From: Candidatus Tayloriibacteriota bacterium
GTDB lineage: Bacteria; Patescibacteriota; Minisyncoccia; Phycocordibacterales; HO2-43-120
Length of the DNA stretch: 64,000 nt
Direction: 5' to 3'
NCBI GenBank assembly: GCA_039934295.1
Contig: JBDTMN010000004.1
Coordinates: 4,840-68,839, forward strand
Shown here: positions 39,795 to 50,980 of the stretch, piece after piece
Position numbering within the stretch: position 1 is the stretch's first letter
How the letters are laid out: every line of letters starts with the position of its first letter
Translations under genes and position numbers: made by a program
Notes under the pieces: generated by a model
Seen by the model: only the letters and a program-made list of their open reading frames with translations
Told to the model about the DNA's origin: nothing
Database searches by the model: none

Positions 39795-39890
39795 GTCTTC
39801 CTAACACCTAAAACCTCACAGCTAACACCTGCCTTAAGAGCTCCTTTCCATTCCTCGTCCGTCGCGGACTCGTCAGGACGCGGGTATTGA

Positions 39891-41240
<1,350 letters not shown>

Positions 41241-41295
41241 TTATTGAATAATTATGTTTCTCGGCTTTTAACTTTACACTTTATACTTTACACTT

Positions 41296-42252
41296 TCAAC
41301 TTATGCTGGCCATTCCCGCACTAATTTCTGAAATCTCCTGCGTGATTCCCGACTGCCGTGCCTTGTTGAATACGAGAGTCAGATCATCAATCATCTCTCC
41401 CGCGGCTTCGCTTGCGTTTTTCATGGCAACCATTCTTGAAGACTGCTCTGAAGCGTTCGACTCAAGAAGCATCTGATAAATTTGCATTCTCGAAATTTTT
41501 TCAGCGAGCGAGCCTAAGAGTGCGTTTCTGTCGCCTTCGATAAGGTAATCAATTTTGGGAACAATTGACATTTGACCATTGACTTTTGACTTTTGACTCT
41601 GGTCAAGTGTCAAAGTCAGATTGTCAATAGTTTCCCTAAGTTCGGCCTTCGATACCGGAAGAATCTGCTTCACGTTCGCTCTCTGGGTCATGGCGGAGAC
41701 AAAATCGGTATATGCCACGAGAACTCTATCATAATGCCCCGCGCTGTATTCGTCGAGTGCGAGCTTGGAAATTGCCGAAATATCCGAAAGTGAAATGTTC
41801 GCAGGTAAATCGGTAAAAGTCGCAATAATGTTTTGACCAATCCGACGCATGGCGACATCACCCTTTTTTCCGACTGATACAATGTCTATTTTAGCTACCC
41901 CGTTCTCACTCTTAAGAAGAGCGAGAGTTTTTTTAATCACTTGAGCATTGTATGAGCCACATAAACCGCGGTTTGAGGAGATGAGAATCAAAAGAATTTT
42001 TCCCGAGTTTTTCAACCCGCCTTCGCTCGAGCTACGGCGTGGCGAAGCGAAAAGCGGATGGTTAATTTCCTCGACATTTTTTGAAATCGAAGTCAAAACC
42101 TCCCATGAATATTCTGCGTAAAGACGCGATGCCAATGTCGATGCCACCGCTCTCTTCATCTTCGAAGCCGCCACCAATTCCATCGCCTTGGTGATCTTCT
42201 TGGTGCTTTTGACCGATTTTATTCGGCGTTTGATTTCTTTGGTACCCTGCAT
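41296..42252 (-). CDS. atpG: ATP synthase gamma subunit
   Basis: KITKAMELVAA, SNRGLCG, ASEQSSRMVAM, ARQSGITQEI. Confidence 0.98.
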   Translation of the reverse strand: MQGTKEIKRRIKSVKSTKKITKAMELVAASKMKRAVASTLASRLYAEYSWEVLTSISKNVEEINHPLFASPRRSSSEGGLKNSGKILLILISSNRGLCGSYNAQVIKKTLALLKSENGVAKIDIVSVGKKGDVAMRRIGQNIIATFTDLPANISLSDISAISKLALDEYSAGHYDRVLVAYTDFVSAMTQRANVKQILPVSKAELRETIDNLTLTLDQSQKSKVNGQMSIVPKIDYLIEGDRNALLGSLAEKISRMQIYQMLLESNASEQSSRMVAMKNASEAAGEMIDDLTLVFNKARQSGITQEISEISAGMASIS

Positions 42253-42338
42253 GAAGTTAAAGTTATAAAGTGGAAAGTGACAGAATTCCTATTCTGTCAT
42301 CCCCGCGAATGCGGGGATCCAGTTAAAAGTGGGAAAAA

Positions 42339-42989
42339 TTACTTTGTGAATTTGAAGGTTGAAATTATTTCCTGAACTATTGATATAGTTTTTGGATCAT
42401 TTTCTGGTGCTGACAAAAAATATCCTCCTTGTGGCAATGGAATATATGTTATATACCTGTCTATCGAACTGACTTCTGTCCATTTATATACTTTTCTACC
42501 ATCAACTTTAATTTCCTCAAAACTTCCTCCATATCGATCCCTAAAAATATCCTCTACCCCAGCATTAGCATCCCCAAAACCTGAATCTTTCCAGTCATCG
42601 CGTATTCCTTGTATGCAAACATCATCGCAATAATGCACTCCAAAGTCAGCACCGTTAGGTCCGCCCAATAATCCACTTTCTTTTAACTCTTTTTGCGCTT
42701 GTTTTTCCGCTTTTGAACTCCAAACCGCAACACCCCCATCATATATATCATTATTTTCTATAATCCAATCTTTGGGATATTTAAATTCAAATCCATATTG
42801 TTCATTTTTGTATGTTTTCCAGTCTTTAGTTTCGTTATCAGTTTGATTTTGATCAGCAATGACATTCTGAGTTGGAGAAGGTGTTACATCTGTTTTTTGA
42901 GAAATTTTATACGCCATAAAACCTCCACCTAGAATAACGGCGACAATGAGAGCAATGATAAGAGGAGCGATCCCTTTTTTATAATTCAT
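42339..42989 (-). CDS. membrane-anchored surface protein (WKTYxN-YGFEFKYP...STFKF type), paralog B
   Basis: KKG+hydrophobic N-terminus; WKTYKNEQYGFEFKYP; ISTFKFTK. Confidence 0.75.
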   Translation of the reverse strand: MNYKKGIAPLIIALIVAVILGGGFMAYKISQKTDVTPSPTQNVIADQNQTDNETKDWKTYKNEQYGFEFKYPKDWIIENNDIYDGGVAVWSSKAEKQAQKELKESGLLGGPNGADFGVHYCDDVCIQGIRDDWKDSGFGDANAGVEDIFRDRYGGSFEEIKVDGRKVYKWTEVSSIDRYITYIPLPQGGYFLSAPENDPKTISIVQEIISTFKFTK

Positions 42990-43014
42990 ATTTTACTATT
43001 TAAAACTTATAAAC

Positions 43015-43092
43015 CTACATTTTAAAACTACTTTTAAATTCTCCAATCGCCTTTTTCAACTCCGCCTCTCCTACATCTGTTCACATTTTTGT
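43015..43092 (-). pseudogene. diverged atpA 3' fragment
   Basis: [24 protein letters not shown] vs atp[26 protein letters not shown]. Confidence 0.92.
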
Positions 43093-43103
43093 GAATAATT
43101 TAT

Positions 43104-43334
43104 TTAATTAAAAAATTGCAGAAGTGCTTCAGTGTCCAACTCGGCTTGAAAAATAATCGATTTTATTGTTTTTGGAGCTAAAACTCTATTATGTTGCGGA
43201 ATGACAACACGTAAATGAGTTTTGATTGAATGGCGCAAATGAACATGGCTTCCCCTGGTGTGATGCAAATAAAACCCGGCTTCCAGCAAAATCGGAATAA
43301 TTTGTTTGGCAGTCAATCGCTTCAGCCGGGGCAT
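43104..43334 (-). CDS. hicA: HicA family toxin
   Basis: LTAKQII..L.EAGF...TRGSH, VVIPQH, KTIKSII.QA. Confidence 0.9.
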   Translation of the reverse strand: MPRLKRLTAKQIIPILLEAGFYLHHTRGSHVHLRHSIKTHLRVVIPQHNRVLAPKTIKSIIFQAELDTEALLQFFN

Positions 43335-43340
43335 AGAAAT

Positions 43341-43574
43341 TTAAAATGAAACTGATAGCCGTAAACTCGCAATATCTCCTTCAACCGGCACTTTTTGGCG
43401 ATCTACTTTTAATCCCTCCAAATAGCATTGAATGGCTTCTGTTGCCATCTTTTTTGCATCGTCAAGATTTTTGCCTTCGGTTACAAGGCCGGGAAGCGAA
43501 GGCACTACTACCGTATAACCATCATGCTCATTTCGCTCAAAAACAGCAGTAAAATTGTAGATCTTCTTTTTCAT
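43341..43574 (-). CDS. hicB: HicB family antitoxin (short)
   Basis: GYTVVVPSLPGLVTEGKNLDDAKKMATEAIQCYLEG. Confidence 0.9.
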   Translation of the reverse strand: MKKKIYNFTAVFERNEHDGYTVVVPSLPGLVTEGKNLDDAKKMATEAIQCYLEGLKVDRQKVPVEGDIASLRLSVSF

Positions 43575-43618
43575 TTTCCCATTATGACTCATTATTTACA
43601 GAAAATCAAACTATTTTA

Positions 43619-43816
43619 GCCGCCACCAATTCCATCGCCTTGGTGATCTTCTTGGTGCTTTTGACCGATTTTATTCGGCGTTTGATTTCTTTGGTACCCT
43701 GCATGAAGTTAAAGTTATAAAGTGGAAAGTGACAGAATTCCTATTCTGTCATCCCCGCGAATGCGGGGATCCAGTTAAAAGTGGGAAAAATTACTTTGTG
43801 AATTTGAAGGTTGAAA
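43619..43816 (-). pseudogene. ~200-bp direct repeat: last codons of surface gene + spacer + atpG 5' fragment (29 codons)
   Basis: Appears identical to about 42167-42364; reads MQGTKEIKRRIKSVKSTKKITKAMELVAA-KIV*. Confidence 0.95.
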
Positions 43817-44507
43817 GAATTTGATCCAATATTTGCTCATGTTTACTTATTGCGTCATGTTGAGCTTGAGTTTGCGCAGGAGTTGCATCGTTTTTCCCGG
43901 TATTTATATAACCCTCATAGCCGACTTCGTGCCAATGGACATGGGAATTGACGATGTAACAATAGTTATCGTGAATCGCGCGATACTGACTTTCCACACC
44001 TCTCACTCCACCCATCGCAGCATCTCCTACCTTATCGCTGAAAATTGAAAATGTATTGCCATTGATTACTTTTGTGAGAGTGCTCGTGTGCGGTTGGTCT
44101 CCATAATCTTTAGTTAGACAAACGCTCAAATTATAAGGGGTATTGTCCGCATTTACTTCAAAAGATGAATCATCAATATAATTTTCCTTTGCTCCCACAT
44201 CGGAAATTTTTGTAATCTGATATTCGTAAAAACCCTGTTTTTCGATCTTATCGTCTAATTGATATTCGGACGGATATTGAAATTCAAATCCATATTTTTC
44301 ATTTTTATATATTTTCCAATCAGCCATATCTACCGAAGTGACAAGATTCTTATCAGTTTTACTGAAATAAGGAAACTTATCAACATAACAGTTTTCCGCG
44401 ACTCTATCATTGTAACAAGTGATAAAAGCGACCGTCTTTAGACCGTATATTCCTACAATCACAACGGCCACCGCTATAACAACCCCCCAAATAATCTTTT
44501 TATTCAT
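43791..44507 (-). CDS. membrane-anchored surface protein (same family), paralog A
   Basis: N-terminal TM; WKIYKNEKYGFEFQYP; ILSTFKFTK. Confidence 0.75.
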   Translation of the reverse strand: MNKKIIWGVVIAVAVVIVGIYGLKTVAFITCYNDRVAENCYVDKFPYFSKTDKNLVTSVDMADWKIYKNEKYGFEFQYPSEYQLDDKIEKQGFYEYQITKISDVGAKENYIDDSSFEVNADNTPYNLSVCLTKDYGDQPHTSTLTKVINGNTFSIFSDKVGDAAMGGVRGVESQYRAIHDNYCYIVNSHVHWHEVGYEGYINTGKNDATPAQTQAQHDAISKHEQILDQILSTFKFTK

Positions 44508-44547
44508 AATCTTTTTCTTATCTTCTCTAACTTACTAATATACTAAT

Positions 44548-46047
44548 TTACATCTTAAAACTTCCCTTAAATTCCCCAATCGCTTTCTTCAACTCCGCCT
44601 CTCCCGCGTCCGTCCACATTTTGGTTTCGCGAATGTCTTTGAAGAATTTTTTTGCGTGAGTTTCGGTGTAGTCAATCAACCCTCCCTCAAATTCCTTTAT
44701 TTTCGCCACCGGAACTTCGTCCATGAAGCCCTTGGTGAGAGCGTAGAGCGTTACTATTTGATGCTCGACTTTGACGGGAGCATACTGTGGCTGTTTCAAA
44801 ACTTCCACCGCGCGCTTGCCTCGTTCAAGCTGTTTCTTTGTTGACTCATCGAGGTCCGAGCCAAATTGAGCAAATGCTTCGAGCTCACGGAATTGCGCCA
44901 AGTCTAGCTTCAAAGTTCCCGCAATTTTCTTCATGGCTTTGATTTGCGCGGAAGAGCCCACTCTGGAAACCGAGGCTCCGACGTTCACCGCTGGCCGAAT
45001 TCCTTTGTAAAAAAGGTCTGTTTCCAAGAAAATCTGCCCGTCGGTGATTGAAATTACGTTCGTTGGTATGTACGCAGAAATATCTCCCGCTTGGGTTTCG
45101 ATAATCGGAAGCGCGGTGATAGAACCGCCTCCGTATTTCGCATTTCTTCGGCAAGCTCGCTCAAGCAAGCGAGAGTGAAGGTAAAAAACATCTCCCGGAT
45201 ATGCTTCTCGACCCGGCGGTCGGCGGAGCAAAAGTGAAATTTCGCGGTAGCTCACGGCGTGCTTTGAAAGGTCATCGTAAATAATGAGCACATCTTTTCC
45301 CTGCTCCATGAAATATTCTGCGATGGCCACTCCGGAATAAGGCGCGATATAAGAAAGTGGAGCGGGCTCCGATGAGCCGGCACTAACAACAATCGTATAG
45401 TTCATCGCTCCGCCTGCCTCGAGTCGAGCAACAAGTTTTCGAAGTTTTGAATCTTTCTGACCGATGGAAACGTAAACGCAAATTAGGTTCTGTCCTTTTT
45501 GATTCAAAATAGTGTCAATTGCAATCGCGGTTTTTCCCGTTTGGCGGTCTCCGATTAAAAGCTCCCGCTGGCCACGACCGATTGGAATTAAGGCGTCAAT
45601 GGCTTTGATTCCGGTTTGGACCGGCTCTGAAACACCTTGTCTGGTCACAACCCCGGGTGCTACTTTCTCTATTGGATTCGACTTCTCTGTTTTGACCGCG
45701 CCCTTGCCGTCAATAGGTTCTCCCAAAGCATTGAGCACCCTTCCTATCTGCGCGTTCCCGACAGGCACTTCCAATATTTTCCCCGTGGCCTTGACCTCAT
45801 CCCCTTCTTTTATTTTTGAAAATTCTCCAAGAATAATCACACCAACCGCGTCTTCTTCGAGATTCAGTACCACCCCAGTTTCCCCATTTGGAAATGTCAC
45901 CATCTCGGATGCTTTTACATCGGAGAGACCCGAAACTTTTGCGATACCGTCAAAAACCTCGAGGACGTGCCCAATCTTTTCCGCCTTGATTTCAGATTGA
46001 AATTTCTCTATTTGCTGTTTTAAGTTTTCTACTATTGTATTTTTCAT
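44548..46047 (-). CDS. atpA: ATP synthase alpha subunit
   Basis: [25 protein letters not shown]. Confidence 0.99.
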   Translation of the reverse strand: MKNTIVENLKQQIEKFQSEIKAEKIGHVLEVFDGIAKVSGLSDVKASEMVTFPNGETGVVLNLEEDAVGVIILGEFSKIKEGDEVKATGKILEVPVGNAQIGRVLNALGEPIDGKGAVKTEKSNPIEKVAPGVVTRQGVSEPVQTGIKAIDALIPIGRGQRELLIGDRQTGKTAIAIDTILNQKGQNLICVYVSIGQKDSKLRKLVARLEAGGAMNYTIVVSAGSSEPAPLSYIAPYSGVAIAEYFMEQGKDVLIIYDDLSKHAVSYREISLLLRRPPGREAYPGDVFYLHSRLLERACRRNAKYGGGSITALPIIETQAGDISAYIPTNVISITDGQIFLETDLFYKGIRPAVNVGASVSRVGSSAQIKAMKKIAGTLKLDLAQFRELEAFAQFGSDLDESTKKQLERGKRAVEVLKQPQYAPVKVEHQIVTLYALTKGFMDEVPVAKIKEFEGGLIDYTETHAKKFFKDIRETKMWTDAGEAELKKAIGEFKGSFKM

Positions 46048-46451
46048 GCTTGTAAAAGATAATTCGAAAGCTGGCTCATTTTATTTTTTATTGAAAGGTC
46101 TATCACTTCATCTTCCGCCTCTATTTTCAATCCCCCGAGGAGCGACGGGTCTTCCTCGAGATCGAGGAGGATGTGCTCCGCTCCATAGCGTTTTTTGAGC
46201 ACTTCCTCTAATTCGTGGCTCATTTTTTGGGAAAGAGCAACGGAACTTGCAACTTTTGCCCGCACGACCCCAGTATCTTCGTCTTCAAATTTTTGAATAA
46301 AATGTAAAATTTCGGACGATTTCGAAATCAAATTGTTTATCGATAAAAAATTTCGGGCATTGAAAAGTGCGTGGTCGAGCTCTTCCCCGCTTTTGCCCTT
46401 CGCGGATTCGTATATCGCCTGTGCCACATTTTTTGGAGATAGCTTCATCAT
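46044..46451 (-). CDS. atpH: ATP synthase delta subunit (short)
   Basis: [11 protein letters not shown]...IDLSIKNK; operon position. Confidence 0.9.
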   Translation of the reverse strand: MMKLSPKNVAQAIYESAKGKSGEELDHALFNARNFLSINNLISKSSEILHFIQKFEDEDTGVVRAKVASSVALSQKMSHELEEVLKKRYGAEHILLDLEEDPSLLGGLKIEAEDEVIDLSIKNKMSQLSNYLLQA

Positions 46452-46457
46452 ATTACA

Positions 46458-46925
46458 TCATTTCACATTTTCTATTTCTTTTACGTCCGAGGCCAGAAGT
46501 TTCTTTGTTGCCTCCATCGCGAGCTCAACAATCTCCCTCCTTGCCTCTTCGACCATTTTTGTCTTTTCCGCTTCGAGTGATTTCTTTCCGGATGAAATCA
46601 TGCTTGCCACTTCTGTTTTGGCGCTTTCCATCATCTCATTTTTCTTGGCTTCGGCATCTTTTTTTCCTTTTTGAAAGATGGCCTGGGCTTCTCCACGGGC
46701 TTTTATCATCGAGTCTTCATATTCTTTCGTCGTTCGCGTCATCATCTCGGCATTCGATTTCGCATCTTCAATACCCTTTCCAATTTTTAAGGACCGTTCC
46801 GCCATAAGTTTGTTCAGAGGTTTGAGCGCAAAAAAGTAGAGAACCGCAAGTACGATGGCGAAGTTGACCGCCTGAGCGATGATGATTTTCCAGTCTATGT
46901 GAAATGTGGAAATGATTGAGTCCAT
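46458..46925 (-). CDS. atpF: ATP synthase b subunit
   Basis: IAQAVNFAIVL..L.FFALKPL..ER; coiled coil. Confidence 0.95.
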   Translation of the reverse strand: MDSIISTFHIDWKIIIAQAVNFAIVLAVLYFFALKPLNKLMAERSLKIGKGIEDAKSNAEMMTRTTKEYEDSMIKARGEAQAIFQKGKKDAEAKKNEMMESAKTEVASMISSGKKSLEAEKTKMVEEARREIVELAMEATKKLLASDVKEIENVK

Positions 46926-46994
46926 GAGTTAATCAAACTACGAATAGGTACGAAAGTACGAATAAAACCGGAAGGCAACCGGAAACCGATTAAA

Positions 46995-47100
46995 TTACTT
47001 CAGATGCGAGGCGCCAGTGAGTATTGTGACTTAAATGTAGTTTAGATACTACATTGCGGGAACAAACGGAGCTGGCAACGAAGCAGATGAGGTGATTTTA
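46995..47100. repeat. structured repeat with GAGGCG..TGTAG-loop-CTACA..CAACGA core
   Basis: Core shared with the MITE at 8945-9069 and the inverted copy at 47322-47442. Confidence 0.65.
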
Positions 47101-47106
47101 TCGGTT

Positions 47107-47442
<336 letters not shown>

Positions 47443-47521
47443 TATTATTTTTTATTAATAATTATTTGACCTTTGTCTTCCGGCATCTTTAACATAAAAA
47501 TTCCGAAAGACACATTTCAAA

Positions 47522-48433
47522 CTACGTTTGGAGAGCCTCCTTTTCTGCAGGACTCTCGTGTTCCTCGTGATCTTGAGAGGCAATAGTGAAATACACAAGG
47601 AGAAGAATCGAAAAAATGAGTGCCTGAATCAGACCTACGAAAATTTCCAAAAAAAGAAATGGAATCGGCAACACGTATGCGAGTATCGCGCCCATTGCCA
47701 TAAGGAGCACTTCTCCGGCAAATATATTTCCAAAAAGACGGAATGAGAGCGACGCGACCTTGGCAAATTCGCCGATAAGCTCGAGAAGACCGACAAAAAA
47801 TGTGACCGGAGCCACAACCAAGACAGACGGCTCTTTGCGAACCTTTACGAAAATCTGTCCAAGCGATTTCAGGTTAACATATTTATTGAAAGTTTTCCAT
47901 ATTCCAATCGATACAATGCCGAATACGTTGGCGCCGAAAACCGCCATAATGGCGAGGGCAATAGTGGTATTGATATCGGCTGTCCCGCTCCGAAGAAACG
48001 GAATAAATGCCAGCCCATGAGAGCCTTTTTCCAGAATGCCAAACCCTCCGAGAGGCAGAAGTCCTAGCCAGTTATTGACGAGAATAAAAAGAAAGGCGGA
48101 AAAAGCAAGAGGAAAAATCTTGAGAGAAATTTTTCGGCTGTTTGTAACCTGGTCGCAAAGCGAGAGTGCTCCTTCCAAAATTGCCTCGAAAACATTCTGC
48201 AGGCCTCTCGGCACTTCCCGAAGCGTTCTTCGTAAAGCGACCGCAAGAAATGTAATCAAAAGAACTGCTACAAAGCTCGTGAGAAGAGCGTTCGTGATTG
48301 GAAAAGTACCAATATGTCCGATAGGCTCCGCAAAAAGCGTGACCTCGTGCTTGACTTCCATTCCCGTGGAATCAATAGCTACTTCTGTGGATTCAAGTGT
48401 TTGTGGAATCTCCGTTTGTGTTGTTGTTGCCAT
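47522..48433 (-). CDS. atpB: ATP synthase a subunit
   Basis: TADINTT, SLSFRLFGNIFAGE, IQALIF. Confidence 0.97.
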   Translation of the reverse strand: MATTTQTEIPQTLESTEVAIDSTGMEVKHEVTLFAEPIGHIGTFPITNALLTSFVAVLLITFLAVALRRTLREVPRGLQNVFEAILEGALSLCDQVTNSRKISLKIFPLAFSAFLFILVNNWLGLLPLGGFGILEKGSHGLAFIPFLRSGTADINTTIALAIMAVFGANVFGIVSIGIWKTFNKYVNLKSLGQIFVKVRKEPSVLVVAPVTFFVGLLELIGEFAKVASLSFRLFGNIFAGEVLLMAMGAILAYVLPIPFLFLEIFVGLIQALIFSILLLVYFTIASQDHEEHESPAEKEALQT

Positions 48434-48689
48434 CTTTTTTCTCTGAAAGCTCTTTGTTAATTTTCCGAATATACTTTGTTACGGTGCGCACAATGCCAAA
48501 TGACGAAATTAAAAATCCAATTCCCGTAAGTGAGAGAAAAATCCATGGTTTCGTCCCGAACTTCGCGTCCAGAATTTTGCCTATAATCAAAGCTCCCACA
48601 ATTGGCACAACCACCCACGCTGACACCTGACCGAATACCTCTAAAGCAGGTCCCCACCATAGGTTGTTTTTATTGCCTTTTTCTTCCAT
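48393..48689 (-). CDS. AtpZ/AtpI-like membrane protein
   Basis: IGKILDAKFGTKPW; first gene of atp operon. Confidence 0.85.
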   Translation of the reverse strand: MEEKGNKNNLWWGPALEVFGQVSAWVVVPIVGALIIGKILDAKFGTKPWIFLSLTGIGFLISSFGIVRTVTKYIRKINKELSEKKDGNNNTNGDSTNT

Positions 48690-48976
48690 GATTGTGCTCC
48701 CGATTAGACTAAAGTATAGAAAAAAAATCGTTTTTTCGCAAGAATTGGCTCTTGTGCGCGAAAATGGTTAACTTGGCACAGAAAATTAGAGAACCAGAGA
48801 ATCCTGTTTATTCCACCATTCGCGCGAATGGTGGAATAAACTTCTCCAACAACATCTATCTAATTTCAGTCATACATAGACACGCTCTGTCTAGAGTGGT
48901 ACTATAAAAAAAGTGAAGTCGTTCTTTGACGATGGAACTTGATTCAACAAATTTCAACCTCAAAATCACAACCAGA

Positions 48977-49396
48977 ATGAAAAAACTGATTAGCCGGATG
49001 AGTGCAGTTGGACCACTTTTTCTTTTACTTACGCTGTCCTCGGCCTTGATATTTATCGCAGGAATCAACGCTACGATTTTCGGAAAGACCGAAGAGTGGA
49101 GGGTGATTGGATTTTTCGCCACCTATTTGGGTTCCATGTTGCTCTATGGGGCAAGGGTCTCCTTTAAAAGTTTCGAGGTGAACAGACGGAACTTAATCTC
49201 AATTTTGGTCAGGGGTTCATTATTGGCCATTTTGGGTGCAGCAATTTGGTCAATTGGGATCAGGCAGCCATGGAAAAGTTTCGCAATAGTCACTTTAGCT
49301 TTCGGAGGAACAGTGGCCTTAGCCTCTTTATTATCCTTGCTAACGGACTTGCTATCAAAAAAGAATAAGCAGGGTCCGCAAAGCAATTCGGAATGA
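48977..49396 (+). CDS. 4-TM hypothetical membrane protein
   Basis: Four hydrophobic segments; hairpin + T run after the stop (about 49405-49440). Confidence 0.6.
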   Translation: MKKLISRMSAVGPLFLLLTLSSALIFIAGINATIFGKTEEWRVIGFFATYLGSMLLYGARVSFKSFEVNRRNLISILVRGSLLAILGAAIWSIGIRQPWKSFAIVTLAFGGTVALASLLSLLTDLLSKKNKQGPQSNSE

Positions 49397-49616
49397 ATTT
49401 TCAACCTGCCAAACGCGAGACCCGCTTCGGTGGGTTTTTTATTGAATCGAAGCAACGTGGATGGTCGTGAAATTGATTGGACGTAAATCTATCCTACTTT
49501 TATTTGTTCCAGCAAATAAAAGTTGAGTAACCGTGTTAGAATGTTTGTATTGCGACATAGGTTATGTCACGATAGAGATATTATTATGGTTTTGTAATTA
49601 ATTTTATTTTAAATTT

Positions 49617-49985
49617 ATGAATTTTGATCAACCACAAGTAGAAAAACAAATTGATAAGGAACAAGCTATAAAAGAATTTAAGGAAATTTTTAAGTCTGCC
49701 AAAGACGATGTTGATGCATTATATATTCTTAATGCTACTGGTCCTCTCTATGATAGTGGATCTATTAACTCGGATCTTGTTACAAACGGTATAGAGAATA
49801 CTAAGGTAATGCTTAGGCGAGTAAAAGAGTTTGAGGTTACATATGGGGTGGATTTACAACTTAAAGGAGACATAATGTCTTTGCAGGCTTCTCTGGACAG
49901 TCGTGGTAGTTTCGGAGCTGGTAGTAAATCACGAGAATTGGTTGCGAAAATCAGGAGTATGGAAGATGGTAGTTTTCTAAAATAA
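49617..49985 (+). CDS. hypothetical protein, AT-rich
   Basis: 122-aa ORF, visibly lower GC than neighbours. Confidence 0.55.
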   Translation: MNFDQPQVEKQIDKEQAIKEFKEIFKSAKDDVDALYILNATGPLYDSGSINSDLVTNGIENTKVMLRRVKEFEVTYGVDLQLKGDIMSLQASLDSRGSFGAGSKSRELVAKIRSMEDGSFLK

Positions 49986-50006
49986 CCAAGAATACTTCTT
50001 ACTTAA

Positions 50007-50105
50007 ATCCTTGCTAAAATTAATACTGCCAACATGGTTACCTTCAGTATTGTGATATTACTCACGTTGCTTGTTACTTACCATGATATGGTAAAACTTT
50101 TTTAA
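50007..50105 (+). pseudogene. orphan 3' fragment resembling RseP/site-2 protease C-terminus
   Basis: Translates ILAKINTANMVTFSIVILLTLLVTYHDMVKLF*. Confidence 0.6.
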
Positions 50106-50230
50106 AATGAATCTCGCCTAGCGGACGGTACGCGAGATGATTTCGCTATATCATATTCAAAAAATAAACCTTATTCACAGAGTTCGAGGAGCCAAAATCA
50201 AAAAAGGAACTTGATAGAATAGTGCCCTTT

Positions 50231-50863
50231 CTACCCTTTAAAAGGGTAAATAGTTTTCTTCGCAAATTTTTTATATTGGTCGCCAAGAACTGAGAAATCT
50301 TTTTTGAGAGTTTCCAAAAGATGCTGATTGTAGATTGCGGCGGCAGGGTGGTAGAGGGCGACGATTTTGATTGCGCCGTAGGACGCTTCTGCTTCGTATG
50401 CTTTGCCGTGAGCTTGGGAAATGGGTTCAAGCTCAAGTTCCTTGTCGAATTTTTTCATGATATAGCCCATTGAATATCGGCCAAGCGTGGCAATGATTTC
50501 AGGCTGAATGATATTTATCTGTCTATCCAAAAATGGCCCGTACAATTCAATTTCATTTGGCAGAGGATCACGATTTTCTTGGGGACGATCTTTAACAATG
50601 TTTGTGATGTACACTTCAGCTCGTGGAATTCCCGCAGATAACAAAAGAGAGTCTAAAATCTTACCTGCCGCTCCACAGAAAGGTTTTCCCGTCTTTGCTT
50701 CGTTTCGGCCGGGCGCTTCGCCCACAAACATTATTTTTGACTCATGGCTCCCCTCTCCGATTACCGGAAAATAGTTGTTTTCGGTGCGATAGGCAAAGAG
50801 AGGCGACTCTTTCAAGTCCAAAACCTCGTCTTTGATTTTTTTCATTTCGTCGATCTTTGACAT
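50231..50863 (-). CDS. uracil-DNA glycosylase, family 4-like
   Basis: MFVGEAPG..E..TGKPFCGAAG, YITNIVK, YHPAA. Confidence 0.92.
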   Translation of the reverse strand: MSKIDEMKKIKDEVLDLKESPLFAYRTENNYFPVIGEGSHESKIMFVGEAPGRNEAKTGKPFCGAAGKILDSLLLSAGIPRAEVYITNIVKDRPQENRDPLPNEIELYGPFLDRQINIIQPEIIATLGRYSMGYIMKKFDKELELEPISQAHGKAYEAEASYGAIKIVALYHPAAAIYNQHLLETLKKDFSVLGDQYKKFAKKTIYPFKG

Positions 50864-50980
50864 AGTATTGTTACTCCCGCGGATGAGGGACTCTAGAAAT
50901 TAATCTGGTTCCCCGCCTTCGCGGGGATGACAGAATATGAATTCTGTCATTTTTTCATTTCGTCGGTCTTTGACATGAAC

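Noticed and set aside
43015-43092. TGA-to-Trp/Gly recoding suggested by TGG-to-TGA in atpA'
   Set aside because: Intact genes (rpmJ, dnaK, rplQ) end in TGA and have no internal TGA; this is pseudogene decay
42339-44507. Diversity-generating retroelement TR/VR pair
   Set aside because: The repeat appears identical rather than adenine-mutated, and no reverse transcriptase is in the window
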